A stretch of 64,000 bases of DNA, taken from Steroidobacterales bacterium (GTDB lineage: Bacteria; Pseudomonadota; Gammaproteobacteria; Steroidobacterales; Steroidobacteraceae). Position 1 is the stretch's first letter, and every line of letters starts with the position of its first letter. The stretch is from NCBI GenBank assembly GCA_038226325.1, contig JBBRQO010000015.1:31278-95277 (forward strand), in the 5' to 3' direction. This document shows positions 37,752-47,614 of the stretch, one piece after another. Made by a program: the position numbers and the translations under genes. The notes under the pieces are model-generated. The model searched no databases, had not been told where the DNA came from, and saw only the letters and a program-made list of their open reading frames with translations.

Positions 37752-38395
37752 TGTCGAGCCGACCCGTACTGTACGTACTCGCCGGCGTCAATGGAGCCGG
37801 GAAGAGTTCAACCGGTGGCCATGTTCTCGCGCGACAGGGCATCAGCTGGTTCAACCCCGATACATTCGCTCGCGAACTGAGAGCTGCCCTCGGATGCGAT
37901 CAAGAGACGGCTAATTCTCAGGCATGGAATGAGGGCATGCGTCGACTGGATGGCTCAATCGCCCAATGCCAAAACTATACTTTCGAAACCACCTTGGGTG
38001 GAACGACGGTCGCTGCCAGAGTTCTTGAGGCGACCAAGACGCACGATGTTCTAATATGGTTTTGTGGATTGTCATCGCCAGAGCTGCACATCGCACGCGT
38101 CAAGGCGCGCGTGGCCGCTGGGGGGCATCCGATTCCGGAGCAAAAGATCCGCGAACGTTATAAGTCGGCACAAATCAATCTCATTAAGTTGATGCCTCAT
38201 GTGACGTACATCAAAGTTTGTGACAACAGTGCGGAGGCGAGCGACGATGGCACCGTGCCAGACCCCCTGCTAGTGCTGGCAATGGAGAGCGGTCAAGTCC
38301 TCACACCCGACGTCAATGATATAAAGGAATTGCAGCGCACGCCGGAGTGGGCTAAGGCAATCCTCGAGGCAGCATTGCATGGCGCGCAAAAGTAG
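37748..38395 (+). CDS. zeta-toxin / P-loop kinase-like toxin
   Basis: 215 aa, Walker A LAGVNGAGKSS near the N-terminus, size and layout of zeta/PezT-like (COG4185-type) ATPases. Translationally coupled to the antitoxin. The segment has lower GC by eye. Confidence 0.7.
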   Translation: MMSSRPVLYVLAGVNGAGKSSTGGHVLARQGISWFNPDTFARELRAALGCDQETANSQAWNEGMRRLDGSIAQCQNYTFETTLGGTTVAARVLEATKTHDVLIWFCGLSSPELHIARVKARVAAGGHPIPEQKIRERYKSAQINLIKLMPHVTYIKVCDNSAEASDDGTVPDPLLVLAMESGQVLTPDVNDIKELQRTPEWAKAILEAALHGAQK

Positions 38396-38467
38396 GTCGC
38401 CACTGAGCGACGGCGATCGCGCCGCCGCCGCTATAGCGCGCGCCGCGTCCCGTAAGAAGGCCACGCG

Positions 38468-39502
38468 TTGACCGAGCTGCCAACATTTTCGCCGTCGGGC
38501 GCACTGCGCTACGGCCAAGTCCAGACGATGATCAGTAACCTGCCGCCACTACAGTGGCTCGCGCGCCGGCGCGCCGCGGCGCTGCTGGCGAGCGCGCAGC
38601 CATTGCTGCTCGACTGCGGCGACGGCGTTCGGCTGCAGGGATTTCTGAGTTCGTCCCTTGGGCGCGGCCCACGGGCACGGCCGCTGCCGGCATCGGATGA
38701 ACCGCACGGCGCGCGCATCGCGGTCCTGCTGCACGGCTGGGAAGGCAGCGCTGATTCCTGTTACGTCATCTCTCTCGGTGCCGAGCTGCTGGCGCACGGA
38801 TTCGACGTTCTACGGCTGAATCTGCGCGATCACGGCGACAGCCATCATCTCAACCGCGACATCTTTCACTCTTGTCGTCTGGCCGAGGTCGTCGGCGCAA
38901 CGCGCGCAGTTGCGCAGCGCTTTCCCGCAGCGCGGATTTTCTTATCCGGTTTTTCACTCGGTGGCAATTTCATGCTGCGAGTCGCGGCCGAGGGCGGCGC
39001 CCCCGACGCCATCGCCGGGGTAGTCGCCGTGTCGCCGGTGCTGGATCCGGCCGCGACGCTGCTGGCGCTCGAGCGCGGCTGGCCCCTCTACCGCCGCTAC
39101 TTTGTGCGGCGATGGTCACGCTCGCTGCGACATAAGCGGCGCGCCTGGCCGGATCTGCCGGATTTCGAATCGCTCCTGCGCAGCAAGGATTTGCGCGCGA
39201 TGACCGCCGGGTTGGTCCGCGAGTTCACCGATTTCGCAAATCTCGATGACTACCTCGACGGCTATGCAATCACCGGCCCGCGGCTCTCGACATTGCGCTT
39301 CCCCGCGGCCGTGCTGCTAGCCGAGGACGATCCGATGATTCCCGCCGCCGATCTGGCGCGACTGGCGCCATCCCCGAATCTCACCGTCGTGCGCACGCGC
39401 CACGGCGGCCATTGCGGATTTCTCGAGCAACTCAATGGGCCGAGTTTTGCCGATCGTTTCGTCGTCGCGCACTTCGACCGGTTTGGCCGCAAGAACTCAT
39501 AG
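38468..39502 (+). CDS. alpha/beta-fold hydrolase (YheT-like)
   Basis: 344 aa. LLHGWEGSADSCY, LNLRDHGDSHHLN, nucleophile elbow GFSLGGN, late ..RHGGHCGF.. His block. Confidence 0.8.
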   Translation: MTELPTFSPSGALRYGQVQTMISNLPPLQWLARRRAAALLASAQPLLLDCGDGVRLQGFLSSSLGRGPRARPLPASDEPHGARIAVLLHGWEGSADSCYVISLGAELLAHGFDVLRLNLRDHGDSHHLNRDIFHSCRLAEVVGATRAVAQRFPAARIFLSGFSLGGNFMLRVAAEGGAPDAIAGVVAVSPVLDPAATLLALERGWPLYRRYFVRRWSRSLRHKRRAWPDLPDFESLLRSKDLRAMTAGLVREFTDFANLDDYLDGYAITGPRLSTLRFPAAVLLAEDDPMIPAADLARLAPSPNLTVVRTRHGGHCGFLEQLNGPSFADRFVVAHFDRFGRKNS

Positions 39503-39563
39503 CCGACCCCACTTGGATCATACCTCTAAAGTCATTATAATGACCTAATGTATAAGCATTGCC

Positions 39564-40964
39564 ATGGCGGGCTTGCGGTTGAGTAAAGTCAGCCTGGGTG
39601 ATGCATTGGTCATCGGACTGTCCAGTTCCGGCCCGTCGCAGACCATAGCCGTGAGTTTGGCGGGACTGGCCGCCGTCAGCGGTTACGGCGGAGTGATCCC
39701 CATTCTCATTTGCTTTGTGCCGATGATAGGCATCGCCATTGCCTACCAACGCCTGAATCGCTGGGATCAAAGCGCTGGCGCCACCTATACCTGGGTGGCG
39801 AAGGTGTTTCATCCCTACCTTGGCTTCTTGAGCGGCTGGATGATTCTTCTTTATTACACGCTCGGCACGACCACGCTGACCATACCCGCGGGAATCTACA
39901 CCCTGGAGCTTTTGGCGCCGGCGTATGTTGATCATCACGGGGCGATTTTTGCGGCGGGTGCGTTGTGGAATGTGCTCATCACGGGGATCGCCATCCTGGG
40001 TCTGCGGGCCGTGGCACGGGTGGAATGGCTGGTGGTCATCTTCGAATATGCCGTGCTGCTCATCGTCGCGGTAGTGGCGATCAACGCGCTCTTCCACGGA
40101 CACACCGCGGCCACATTCAGTTGGCAGTGGTTCTCCTGGGATGGGATGGGTCACATGAAGGGCTTGATGGGCGGAATTCTGATTGCCTGCTTCATGTACT
40201 CGGGCTGGGACGCGGCGGTGTACGTCAACGAGGAAACCGAGGATAAGGTCAACAGTCCGGGCAAAGCGGCGCTCGCCAGCGTGGTGATGCTGGCGCTGAT
40301 GTATTCCGTCACCACCTTTGCCTTCCAGGGCGTGTTGTCGCCGGCCGACTTGCAGGCGCATGCCGGCAATGCCTTGTCCGCCGTCGGCATTCGCCTGCTG
40401 CACAAGCCCTGGGACGCCGTCGTGGCGCTGGTGGTGCTCACCGGTACGCTGGCGTCTCTGCAATCGGCCGTGGTCGCCGCATCGCGCATGGGATTTGCCA
40501 TGTCGCGCGACCGTGTCATGCCGCAATTCTTTCAGCGTCGTGCGGCGCAGGGCGGTACACCCTGGGCAGCCACCTTGACCATGTGTGCACTCAATCTGAT
40601 TTTGCTGGCTCTCGCGCTCAGCACCGGCAGCATTGCGCTGGCCTTGAGCAATGCGGCTAGCAGCTTAGGGCTGATCTCCATCGTGTTCTACGGCCTGACG
40701 GCGGCCGCCGCTTTTTGGCAGCAACGCGCCACGCTGACCGCGAGTGCCGGCGACTTTCTCTTCGGCGGTGTGCTGCCCTCGATCGGCGTGCTGTTCAGCT
40801 TCTGGGTGTTGGTTGAATCACTGTACAGCGGCGCCGTCACCCCTGCTGTCTTGGCCTATGGCTTGGGCTCGATCGGCGTCGGCGCCGTGGTGGCCATTTT
40901 TCTGCACCGCGTCCTAGCGGTGCAGTTCTTCGAAAGGATCCCGAATCGCTATGAAATACCGTAA
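39564..40964 (+). CDS. APC-superfamily amino acid/amine permease
   Basis: 466 aa, about 12 TM helices, typical APC N-terminal ..LSLGDALVIGLSSSGP.. block. The antisense 364-aa ORF is spurious. Confidence 0.85.
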   Translation: MAGLRLSKVSLGDALVIGLSSSGPSQTIAVSLAGLAAVSGYGGVIPILICFVPMIGIAIAYQRLNRWDQSAGATYTWVAKVFHPYLGFLSGWMILLYYTLGTTTLTIPAGIYTLELLAPAYVDHHGAIFAAGALWNVLITGIAILGLRAVARVEWLVVIFEYAVLLIVAVVAINALFHGHTAATFSWQWFSWDGMGHMKGLMGGILIACFMYSGWDAAVYVNEETEDKVNSPGKAALASVVMLALMYSVTTFAFQGVLSPADLQAHAGNALSAVGIRLLHKPWDAVVALVVLTGTLASLQSAVVAASRMGFAMSRDRVMPQFFQRRAAQGGTPWAATLTMCALNLILLALALSTGSIALALSNAASSLGLISIVFYGLTAAAAFWQQRATLTASAGDFLFGGVLPSIGVLFSFWVLVESLYSGAVTPAVLAYGLGSIGVGAVVAIFLHRVLAVQFFERIPNRYEIP

Positions 40965-42291
40965 TCCGTCGCGCTCGGCAAAGAGCGCCAAATTATTCGA
41001 GCACGCCTGCAAAACCATCCCGGGGGGGATCAATAGCACGGCGCGCGCCACTTGGTCCGGTTGGGATCCGTATCCCTTGTTCGTGGACAAAGGCGAGGGT
41101 GCCTACCTGTACGACGTCGACGGCAATGTCTATATCGATTATTTATTGGGATTGGGGCCCATGATCCTGGGCCATCGACCGCCGAAGGTGACGGCCGCCG
41201 TGGTGGAGCAGATTCTTGAGCGTGGCACGGTGTTCGCGCTGCCCACGGCGCAGGAAGCCGCCCTGGCCGACAAGATCATTGCGGCGGTACCCAGTGTGGA
41301 GCAAGTGCGCCTGTGCAACACCGGTACCGAAGCGGTGATCTATGCGCTGCGGCTGGCGCGGGCCTTCACGCGCCGTGACAAGATCATCCGCTTCGAGGGG
41401 ATGTACCATGGATTTTCCGAAGGGGTGTACTGGAGCAAGCATCCGGATATCGCCGAGGCGGGTCCCGATCACCGGCCGGTGGCCGTGCCGCAGGGCCCCG
41501 GTATGACGAAGGCGGCGGGCGAGGGGCTCATTATCCTGCCTTGGAACGACATCGAGGCGCTGCGCGAAACCGTGGCGCTGCACGGCGATTCCATCGCCGG
41601 CATTTTGACCGAGCCCGTGATGTGCAACACCGGCTGCATCCTGCCCGAGCCCGGCTATTTGCAGGCCATGGCGGAGCTTGCCCGCTCACGCGGCATTGTG
41701 CTGATATTCGACGAGGTCATCACCGGATTTCGCTTAGGATTCGGCGGCGCGCAGGCGATCTATGGAATCAAGCCCGACATTTCGGTGTTCGCAAAGGGCT
41801 TGGGCGGCGGATTTCCCGTGGCGGCCCTCGGCGGGCGGCGTGAAATCATGTCAATGGTCGCCGACGGTACGGTGTCGATGGCGGGCACGTACTCCGCCAA
41901 CGGCATCGCCGTGGCCGCGGCGAATGCCGCGCTCGATGAACTCGGTCAACCCGGAAAGTACGAGGCGCTATTCGCGCGTTGCGCGCGCTTCTACGATGAG
42001 TTGTCGCGCATTTTGCGGGCGCATCGCCTGCCGGCCTATGTCGTGGGCTTGGGGCCCGTGCTGCAGGTGTGGTTTGCCGAGCATCCCATCAAGAACTATC
42101 GCGATGCCGCGCGCTACGCGAACCACGAGATGTTTCGACGCTGGTGGGAGGGCATGTTGGAACACAACATCCTGTTCCACCCGGGCGCGTTTGAGAATCT
42201 GTTCGTATCCTTTGCACATTCGGATGCCGACATCGACCGCACCTTGACGGCGGCCGACCAGGTGGCCGCCACCCTGCGCGCGCATGCATAA
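40951..42291 (+). CDS. class III PLP aminotransferase/aminomutase (glutamate-1-semialdehyde aminomutase-like paralog)
   Basis: 446 aa. LFEHACKTIPGGINSTARA, FDEVITGFRLG, FAKGLGGGFP (PLP lysine). Overlaps the permease gene by 14 nt. Confidence 0.85.
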   Translation: MKYRNPSRSAKSAKLFEHACKTIPGGINSTARATWSGWDPYPLFVDKGEGAYLYDVDGNVYIDYLLGLGPMILGHRPPKVTAAVVEQILERGTVFALPTAQEAALADKIIAAVPSVEQVRLCNTGTEAVIYALRLARAFTRRDKIIRFEGMYHGFSEGVYWSKHPDIAEAGPDHRPVAVPQGPGMTKAAGEGLIILPWNDIEALRETVALHGDSIAGILTEPVMCNTGCILPEPGYLQAMAELARSRGIVLIFDEVITGFRLGFGGAQAIYGIKPDISVFAKGLGGGFPVAALGGRREIMSMVADGTVSMAGTYSANGIAVAAANAALDELGQPGKYEALFARCARFYDELSRILRAHRLPAYVVGLGPVLQVWFAEHPIKNYRDAARYANHEMFRRWWEGMLEHNILFHPGAFENLFVSFAHSDADIDRTLTAADQVAATLRAHA

Positions 42292-43801
42292 AGATCTTCC
42301 CGAGCAGGATTTCGCGTTGGGGATTGACCTCGGCACCTCCGCGGTCAAGGTGCTGGCTCTCGACGCCGCCGGTGCGTTGGCGGGCGAGGCGCAGGGCCAT
42401 TTCGTGACGCTCAGCGACCTGCCGCAGCAGGCAGTGCAAAGCCCTGCGGACTGGCTAGCCGCTCTGTCATCGGCCATGCAAGAACTCGGTGCGTCGCTTG
42501 CTGCCCGATTCGGCGAAGGCTGGCGGCGGCGCGTGGGTTGCATTGCGTTGACGGGACAGTTGCCGACGCTGGTGTGTCTCGGCGAGAGCGATCCTGTCGC
42601 GCCGGCCATCACCTGGCGCGACGGCCGCGCCGATGAATTTGCCGCCGAGCGCCTGGGTGCAGCGCAGCGCAAGCGCATGTATGCCCGCACCGGCATGCCC
42701 ATCGACGGACGCTATCTTGCGCCCATGCTGCAATTTCATTTTGCAGATCGGTTGGGCGCGGTGCGCTGCATTCTGTCCGCCAAGGACTACTTCTTGTTCG
42801 CGCTCACCGGCGTGCGCGCCACCGAACCGTCGACCGCGGCGGGCTACGGTCTGTACGATCTACTCGAAGGCCGCTTCAGCGGCGAGCTCGCGGCCTTCTG
42901 GGGCATCGCAGTCGACAAGCTGCCGCCCATCCTGCCGTCCAACTCCATCGCGGCGCCCTTGAGCGAAGCGGGCGCGAAGATTTTGCAATTGCCGGCCGGC
43001 ATTCCCGTGACCACCGGTGCCGCGGATTCGGTGTGCGCCTCGTACGCCATGAGCGGTCTCGATGCGCGCACCGCCTCCATCAGCTTGGGGTCCAGCGCCG
43101 TGGTCATCGGCGCCACCGCCACCGCGGCTCTGGATACTTTGGAGCGCTTCTTGGTCACGCCGCACGTGCAGGCCGGCTGGTACGGACGCGAAATGGACCT
43201 GCTGGCGACGGGCACCGGCTATCGCTGGTTGAGCGAACTATTCGGTTGGGCCGAGGGCGAATTGGATGAAAGAGCGGCCGCCTCCGGCGCCGGCGCTCGC
43301 GGCCTTTCCTTTCCCCCCTATCTTGCGGGCGGCGAACAGGGCGCGCTGTGGAACTCGAAACTACGCGCCGGATTGTTCGGTTTAGGACTGCAACACTCGC
43401 AGAACGACATCGCTCGTGCCTTCCTAGAGGGCGTGTGCTTCGAGCTGCGCCGCTGCGTCGAGGTGTTGGCCGAACACGCTCCGGTCGAGCGGGTCATGGT
43501 GAGCGGTAATATCACGCGCTCCGCCACCAGCGCCCAGCTGCTCGCCGATATTTTAAAGCGCCCGGTGGGCATGGTCACCGAGAAATCGCCCGCCGCTTTG
43601 GGCGCGGCGCTTTTGGCAAGAAGCGCGGTGCGCCGCGACGCTGCCTCGGCGGGCAATGATTCGGTCTTGACGGACAATGACGCCGCGTTGGCGCGGAATT
43701 ATTCCGCATCCACCGAGTTCAAGAATCCATCCCCGATGTTGGCGGCGCGCTATGACGGCCTGTATCGAGAATACTGCGAGGTGGCGAAGCGGTGCGCCTA
43801 G
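42284..43801 (+). CDS. FGGY-family carbohydrate kinase
   Basis: 505 aa. N-terminal LGIDLGTSAVKVLALD ATPase motif, ..TGAADSVCA.., ..PPYLAGGE.., ..VSGNITRS.. blocks of xylulokinase-like kinases. Overlaps the aminotransferase gene by 8 nt. Confidence 0.85.
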   Translation: MHKDLPEQDFALGIDLGTSAVKVLALDAAGALAGEAQGHFVTLSDLPQQAVQSPADWLAALSSAMQELGASLAARFGEGWRRRVGCIALTGQLPTLVCLGESDPVAPAITWRDGRADEFAAERLGAAQRKRMYARTGMPIDGRYLAPMLQFHFADRLGAVRCILSAKDYFLFALTGVRATEPSTAAGYGLYDLLEGRFSGELAAFWGIAVDKLPPILPSNSIAAPLSEAGAKILQLPAGIPVTTGAADSVCASYAMSGLDARTASISLGSSAVVIGATATAALDTLERFLVTPHVQAGWYGREMDLLATGTGYRWLSELFGWAEGELDERAAASGAGARGLSFPPYLAGGEQGALWNSKLRAGLFGLGLQHSQNDIARAFLEGVCFELRRCVEVLAEHAPVERVMVSGNITRSATSAQLLADILKRPVGMVTEKSPAALGAALLARSAVRRDAASAGNDSVLTDNDAALARNYSASTEFKNPSPMLAARYDGLYREYCEVAKRCA

Positions 43802-43810
43802 GGCCGCAAT

Positions 43811-44584
43811 TCAAGCCGGCTTGCGGATACGCGTGTGCTCGGCGAGTTCAACCGCCTGCACCACGAAGGAGGGCGCGGTCTCCAGTCGAAACGCGAATGA
43901 CTTGGCGACGAAGATCATGCGAAAGGCATCAATGGGCTGGTGGCGCGACGAATAACTCACACCCGATACTTCCACCACCCATTCGAAATTCATCAGTGCC
44001 AGCAGACTGTGCTCGCGAGCCAAGGCCGGGCGCGAAACCAGCACCTGTTCCTCGCGCGCTTCCTTCAGGCCGTACACCTCATCCAGCAAGTCGTACAACG
44101 AGCGCGTGTCGGGCCCCCCAAGATAGGCAGATAGGTCCGGCGCCAGGATTTTCGGTATGACGGACGTCTCCCAAATGACGGGACGCTTGTTGAGCAAGCG
44201 CAGCCGCGAGACTTCCCACACCGTGGCCCCGGCCGCCAGGCTCAAGCGTTTCGCCTCCTCGTCGCTGCAGGGCCGCGCCTGGCAGCTCAACACCCTGGTC
44301 TTCAATTTGGAGCGCGCGTCCAGGTGCAGTCCATTGCGGAGGCCGCCGATTTTGGTGGTCTCGGCGTTGACGCGCGGCCGGGCGACGAAGGTGCCGCGGC
44401 CCTGTTCGCGCCGTACCACGGCCTGCGCCGATAGCTCCGACAGGGCCCGGCGCACCGTCACCAGGCTCACACCGGCGAGTGAGGAGAGCTGCGCTTCGCT
44501 GGGTAATTGGTCGCCTTCGACGAGCTTGCGCTCATCGATGTACTGCAGAACAAAGGCGATGGTCTTTTCGTACAGCGATTTCAC
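43811..44584 (-). CDS. GntR-family (HutC subfamily) transcriptional regulator
   Basis: 257 aa. wHTH LPSEAQLSSLAGVSLVTVRRALSELSAQAVV followed by a UTRA-type effector domain. Confidence 0.85.
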   Translation of the reverse strand: MKSLYEKTIAFVLQYIDERKLVEGDQLPSEAQLSSLAGVSLVTVRRALSELSAQAVVRREQGRGTFVARPRVNAETTKIGGLRNGLHLDARSKLKTRVLSCQARPCSDEEAKRLSLAAGATVWEVSRLRLLNKRPVIWETSVIPKILAPDLSAYLGGPDTRSLYDLLDEVYGLKEAREEQVLVSRPALAREHSLLALMNFEWVVEVSGVSYSSRHQPIDAFRMIFVAKSFAFRLETAPSFVVQAVELAEHTRIRKPA

Positions 44585-44631
44585 GAGGTGATTCTACGTT
44601 GATCCGCAGGGGCAGGGCGACGTCGGTTGCG

Positions 44632-44672
44632 GCAATACTTGATCGATCATTCTCTAATCAGTATGTTATTGC
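44632..44672. promoter_or_regulatory. imperfect inverted repeat, candidate GntR/HutC operator
   Basis: GCAATACTTGAT-N13-ATCAGTATGTTATTGC (approx. coordinates) in the divergent GntR / TonB-receptor intergenic region. The arms share GCAATA and ACT.GAT cores. Confidence 0.25.
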
Positions 44673-44799
44673 AATGACTTTGGAATGCGACTACATTCAG
44701 GTGGTGACGGAGGTTGGGGGAGATTGCCGTCCACGCGGGAATAACGCGTGTGCCGAATGAGGCTGCATTCGTAAAGGTTGATAATACGGGAGACGACGA

Positions 44800-47604
44800 A
44801 TGAGCCATTGGGTCACGGGCACCTTTGCCACCTGTCTGTTGGGATTGCCTTTATGCGGCCTGGCGCAGACCAGTGGGCCGCCGCACGAAGCGCAGTCCAG
44901 TCTCGAGGCCATCGTGGTCACCGGTTCCTATATACGACGAACCGACACCGAATCGCCCTCGCCGGTGGATGTGCTCACCAGCGACGACATCAACAAGCGC
45001 GGCCTGACCTCTATCGCGGATGTACTGCACACCCTGTCATCAGACAACAGCGGCACGCTGACGTCTAATTTCAGCGGCGCCATGGCGGGCGGCGCCAGCG
45101 GCGTATCGCTGCGCGGCCTCACCGTGGATGCCACCCTGGTATTGCTGGACGGTCACCGCATGGCCAACTACCCGCTGGCGGATGACGGCCAGCGCCCCTT
45201 CGTCGACATCAATTCCCTGCCCTTGGGCATTGTCGATCGCGTCGAAGTGCTTAAAGACGGCGCATCTGCCATTTACGGATCCGACGCCATTGCAGGCGTG
45301 GTCAACATCATCACCAAGAAACAGTTCACGGGTTTCGAGGCTTCCTCCGACTTGGGCTCCTCGTACAAGGCCGATGGTTTGGCGCAGCGCCTGTCGGCAA
45401 CCTATGGCTTCGGTGATCTCAGCACCGATCGGCACAATATCTACTTCAACGTCGAATACCGCCATCAGGCCGAAATCAAGCAGGAGGCTCGCGGCTCCTA
45501 CCTGAACCAGCTCGACCTGCGGCCGTACGGCGGCAGCGATCTGCGTGGCGGCATCGTGCAGGGTAATCCCGGCACGCCGGCCTACACGGCGGTGGGCATG
45601 GTGGCGCCGCTTGACCGGACCGGCGTGTTGCCGACGCAGGGCTACTACTTGCTGCCCGGCTGTTCGGCTGAGAACTTGAACTACTCCGGCGGCTGTACCT
45701 GGGATCCGAATCTGCACAAGAAGATTCAGCCGCGCTCCGAAGGCTTGGACTTGACGGCGAAGTGGACCCAATTGATCGGCGATCGCTGGACCAGCACCTT
45801 GGCGCTGTCGCTGTTTCAGTCCGAGTCCGAACAGTGGCGGCAACCGAATCAATATCTGGACGGTACTACTTTGGTGCCCTTCATCTGGGCGGGCGCCAAC
45901 GGCGCCGTGGTCGATCAGACCAATCCTGCCACTACGCAGATCGTGCTGCCGGCCAACTCCTTGGATAATCCCTTCAATCCGGCAAGTCCGTACTTCGCAG
46001 GCGCGCAGGCTTACTACGGCGCCGGCTTTGCCAATTACGTCGGCAAGCCTGCGTTCTTCTACGGTGCGCTCACCGATATTCCGGTGCAAATCACCAAGTA
46101 TCGAACCAATGTCTACCGAGTGGTGGAGGATGTGACCGCCACTCTCGGCGATTGGGACACCACCCTGTCCGCGGGCTTCATCGACACGCAGACCCGCATC
46201 ACCTACACCGGCTTCGTGCGCGCCAGCGCCTTGAATGCGGCGCTCGCCGATGGCTCGTATCGCGTCGGCCAGAATGCCTCGTTGAATCCAGCGTCGCTGT
46301 ATCAAACGCTGGCACCTGCAACCCACGACACGGCAACCTCGAGTCTGGCCTTCTTCTCCGCCAATGCTTCGCGGCCCTTGATGCCCCTGCCGGGCGGCGA
46401 TCTCGCCATTGCGCTCGGCACCGATGCACGCTTCACACGCTTGAATAATCCCGGTGAGCCCTATGCCACCGTCGGCGACATCGCTATGGACGGCAGTTTC
46501 TACGCCAAGGGAACCCAGGATGTGTACTCGGCCTTCACCGAACTCTCCGCGCCCCTCCTGCACTCGCTGGAAATGAACGCCGCGGCGCGCGTCGATCGCT
46601 ACAATGCGGCGGGCACCGCCTTCACGCCGAAGTTCGGCGTGAAATGGAAGGTGGTTCCGCAATTGGCGCTGCGCGGCACCTTCGCTCGCGGCTTCCGCGC
46701 GCCCGGTATCGCGGAGAGCGGCAACAGCAGCGCGGCCTCCAGCACCTTTGCACCGCTCGATCCGGCGCGCTGCGGCGGCTCGAATTTGCCGAACACGCCG
46801 CTCGACTGCGGCCGCGGCTATATCGCCGTGCTGTCGACGGCGAATCCGAACTTGAAGCCGGAACATTCGCGCAGCTACACCCTGGGATTAATTTTCGAGC
46901 CCGTGCACAGCATTAATTTCACGGCTGATTACTTCAATATCAGGCGCACCAATGAGATCGTCGGCGCGCCGCTCGATCCCAGCCAGGCCGTGCGCGCGGC
47001 GCAGGCTCCCGGCACCAATTATCCGGGGGCCATTCTTTATTATGCGACCCCGTACATCAATGACTCGGTCTCCTTGACCTCGGGCTTGGACGGCGAGTTG
47101 CGTTCCACCTTCTCGTTGGGCGCGCTCGGCTCTCTGACCGCAAAGGCCGATGCGACCTACTTGATCGAGTCCACTCAGGTCACCGAAGGTTCGGAGTATC
47201 ACTTCGCGGGTACGGTGGGACCCTCCGCCTTGAGCGGCGCCACGGGCACGCCGCGCACCCGCGGCTCCGTGACCCTGGAGTGGAGCTATCAACCGGTGAC
47301 CGTTGGCGCCACCCTCAACTATCGCAGCCATATGTACGGCGTGGACCCGGCCAACGGGCCGGTGTGCTTGCAATTGACGGATCCCAACCCGCATTGCTAT
47401 GTAGCCTCGTTCACATACTTGGACATGTACGCGCAGTATCACGTGACGCCGAAAATTCTGGTGACTGCCAATGTCACCAATGTGACCAATCGCCTGCCGC
47501 CGCTCAATACCGCCACCTACGGCGGCACCAATTACAACCCCTCCTTGGATCAACCCGGCGCGGTGGGGACGTTCTTCCAATTGGGCGTGAACTATCACTA
47601 CTGA
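44800..47604 (+). CDS. TonB-dependent receptor
   Basis: 934 aa, signal peptide, plug LEAIVVTGSYIRRTDTESPSPVDVLT, RVEVLKDGASAIYGSDAIAGVVNIITK, long barrel. Confidence 0.9.
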   Translation: MSHWVTGTFATCLLGLPLCGLAQTSGPPHEAQSSLEAIVVTGSYIRRTDTESPSPVDVLTSDDINKRGLTSIADVLHTLSSDNSGTLTSNFSGAMAGGASGVSLRGLTVDATLVLLDGHRMANYPLADDGQRPFVDINSLPLGIVDRVEVLKDGASAIYGSDAIAGVVNIITKKQFTGFEASSDLGSSYKADGLAQRLSATYGFGDLSTDRHNIYFNVEYRHQAEIKQEARGSYLNQLDLRPYGGSDLRGGIVQGNPGTPAYTAVGMVAPLDRTGVLPTQGYYLLPGCSAENLNYSGGCTWDPNLHKKIQPRSEGLDLTAKWTQLIGDRWTSTLALSLFQSESEQWRQPNQYLDGTTLVPFIWAGANGAVVDQTNPATTQIVLPANSLDNPFNPASPYFAGAQAYYGAGFANYVGKPAFFYGALTDIPVQITKYRTNVYRVVEDVTATLGDWDTTLSAGFIDTQTRITYTGFVRASALNAALADGSYRVGQNASLNPASLYQTLAPATHDTATSSLAFFSANASRPLMPLPGGDLAIALGTDARFTRLNNPGEPYATVGDIAMDGSFYAKGTQDVYSAFTELSAPLLHSLEMNAAARVDRYNAAGTAFTPKFGVKWKVVPQLALRGTFARGFRAPGIAESGNSSAASSTFAPLDPARCGGSNLPNTPLDCGRGYIAVLSTANPNLKPEHSRSYTLGLIFEPVHSINFTADYFNIRRTNEIVGAPLDPSQAVRAAQAPGTNYPGAILYYATPYINDSVSLTSGLDGELRSTFSLGALGSLTAKADATYLIESTQVTEGSEYHFAGTVGPSALSGATGTPRTRGSVTLEWSYQPVTVGATLNYRSHMYGVDPANGPVCLQLTDPNPHCYVASFTYLDMYAQYHVTPKILVTANVTNVTNRLPPLNTATYGGTNYNPSLDQPGAVGTFFQLGVNYHY

Positions 47605-47614
47605 GCGGCTCCGC

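Noticed and set aside
39432-40526. 364-aa minus-strand ORF
   Set aside because: Antisense to the APC permease. His/Arg/Gly-rich with no membrane or enzymatic pattern.
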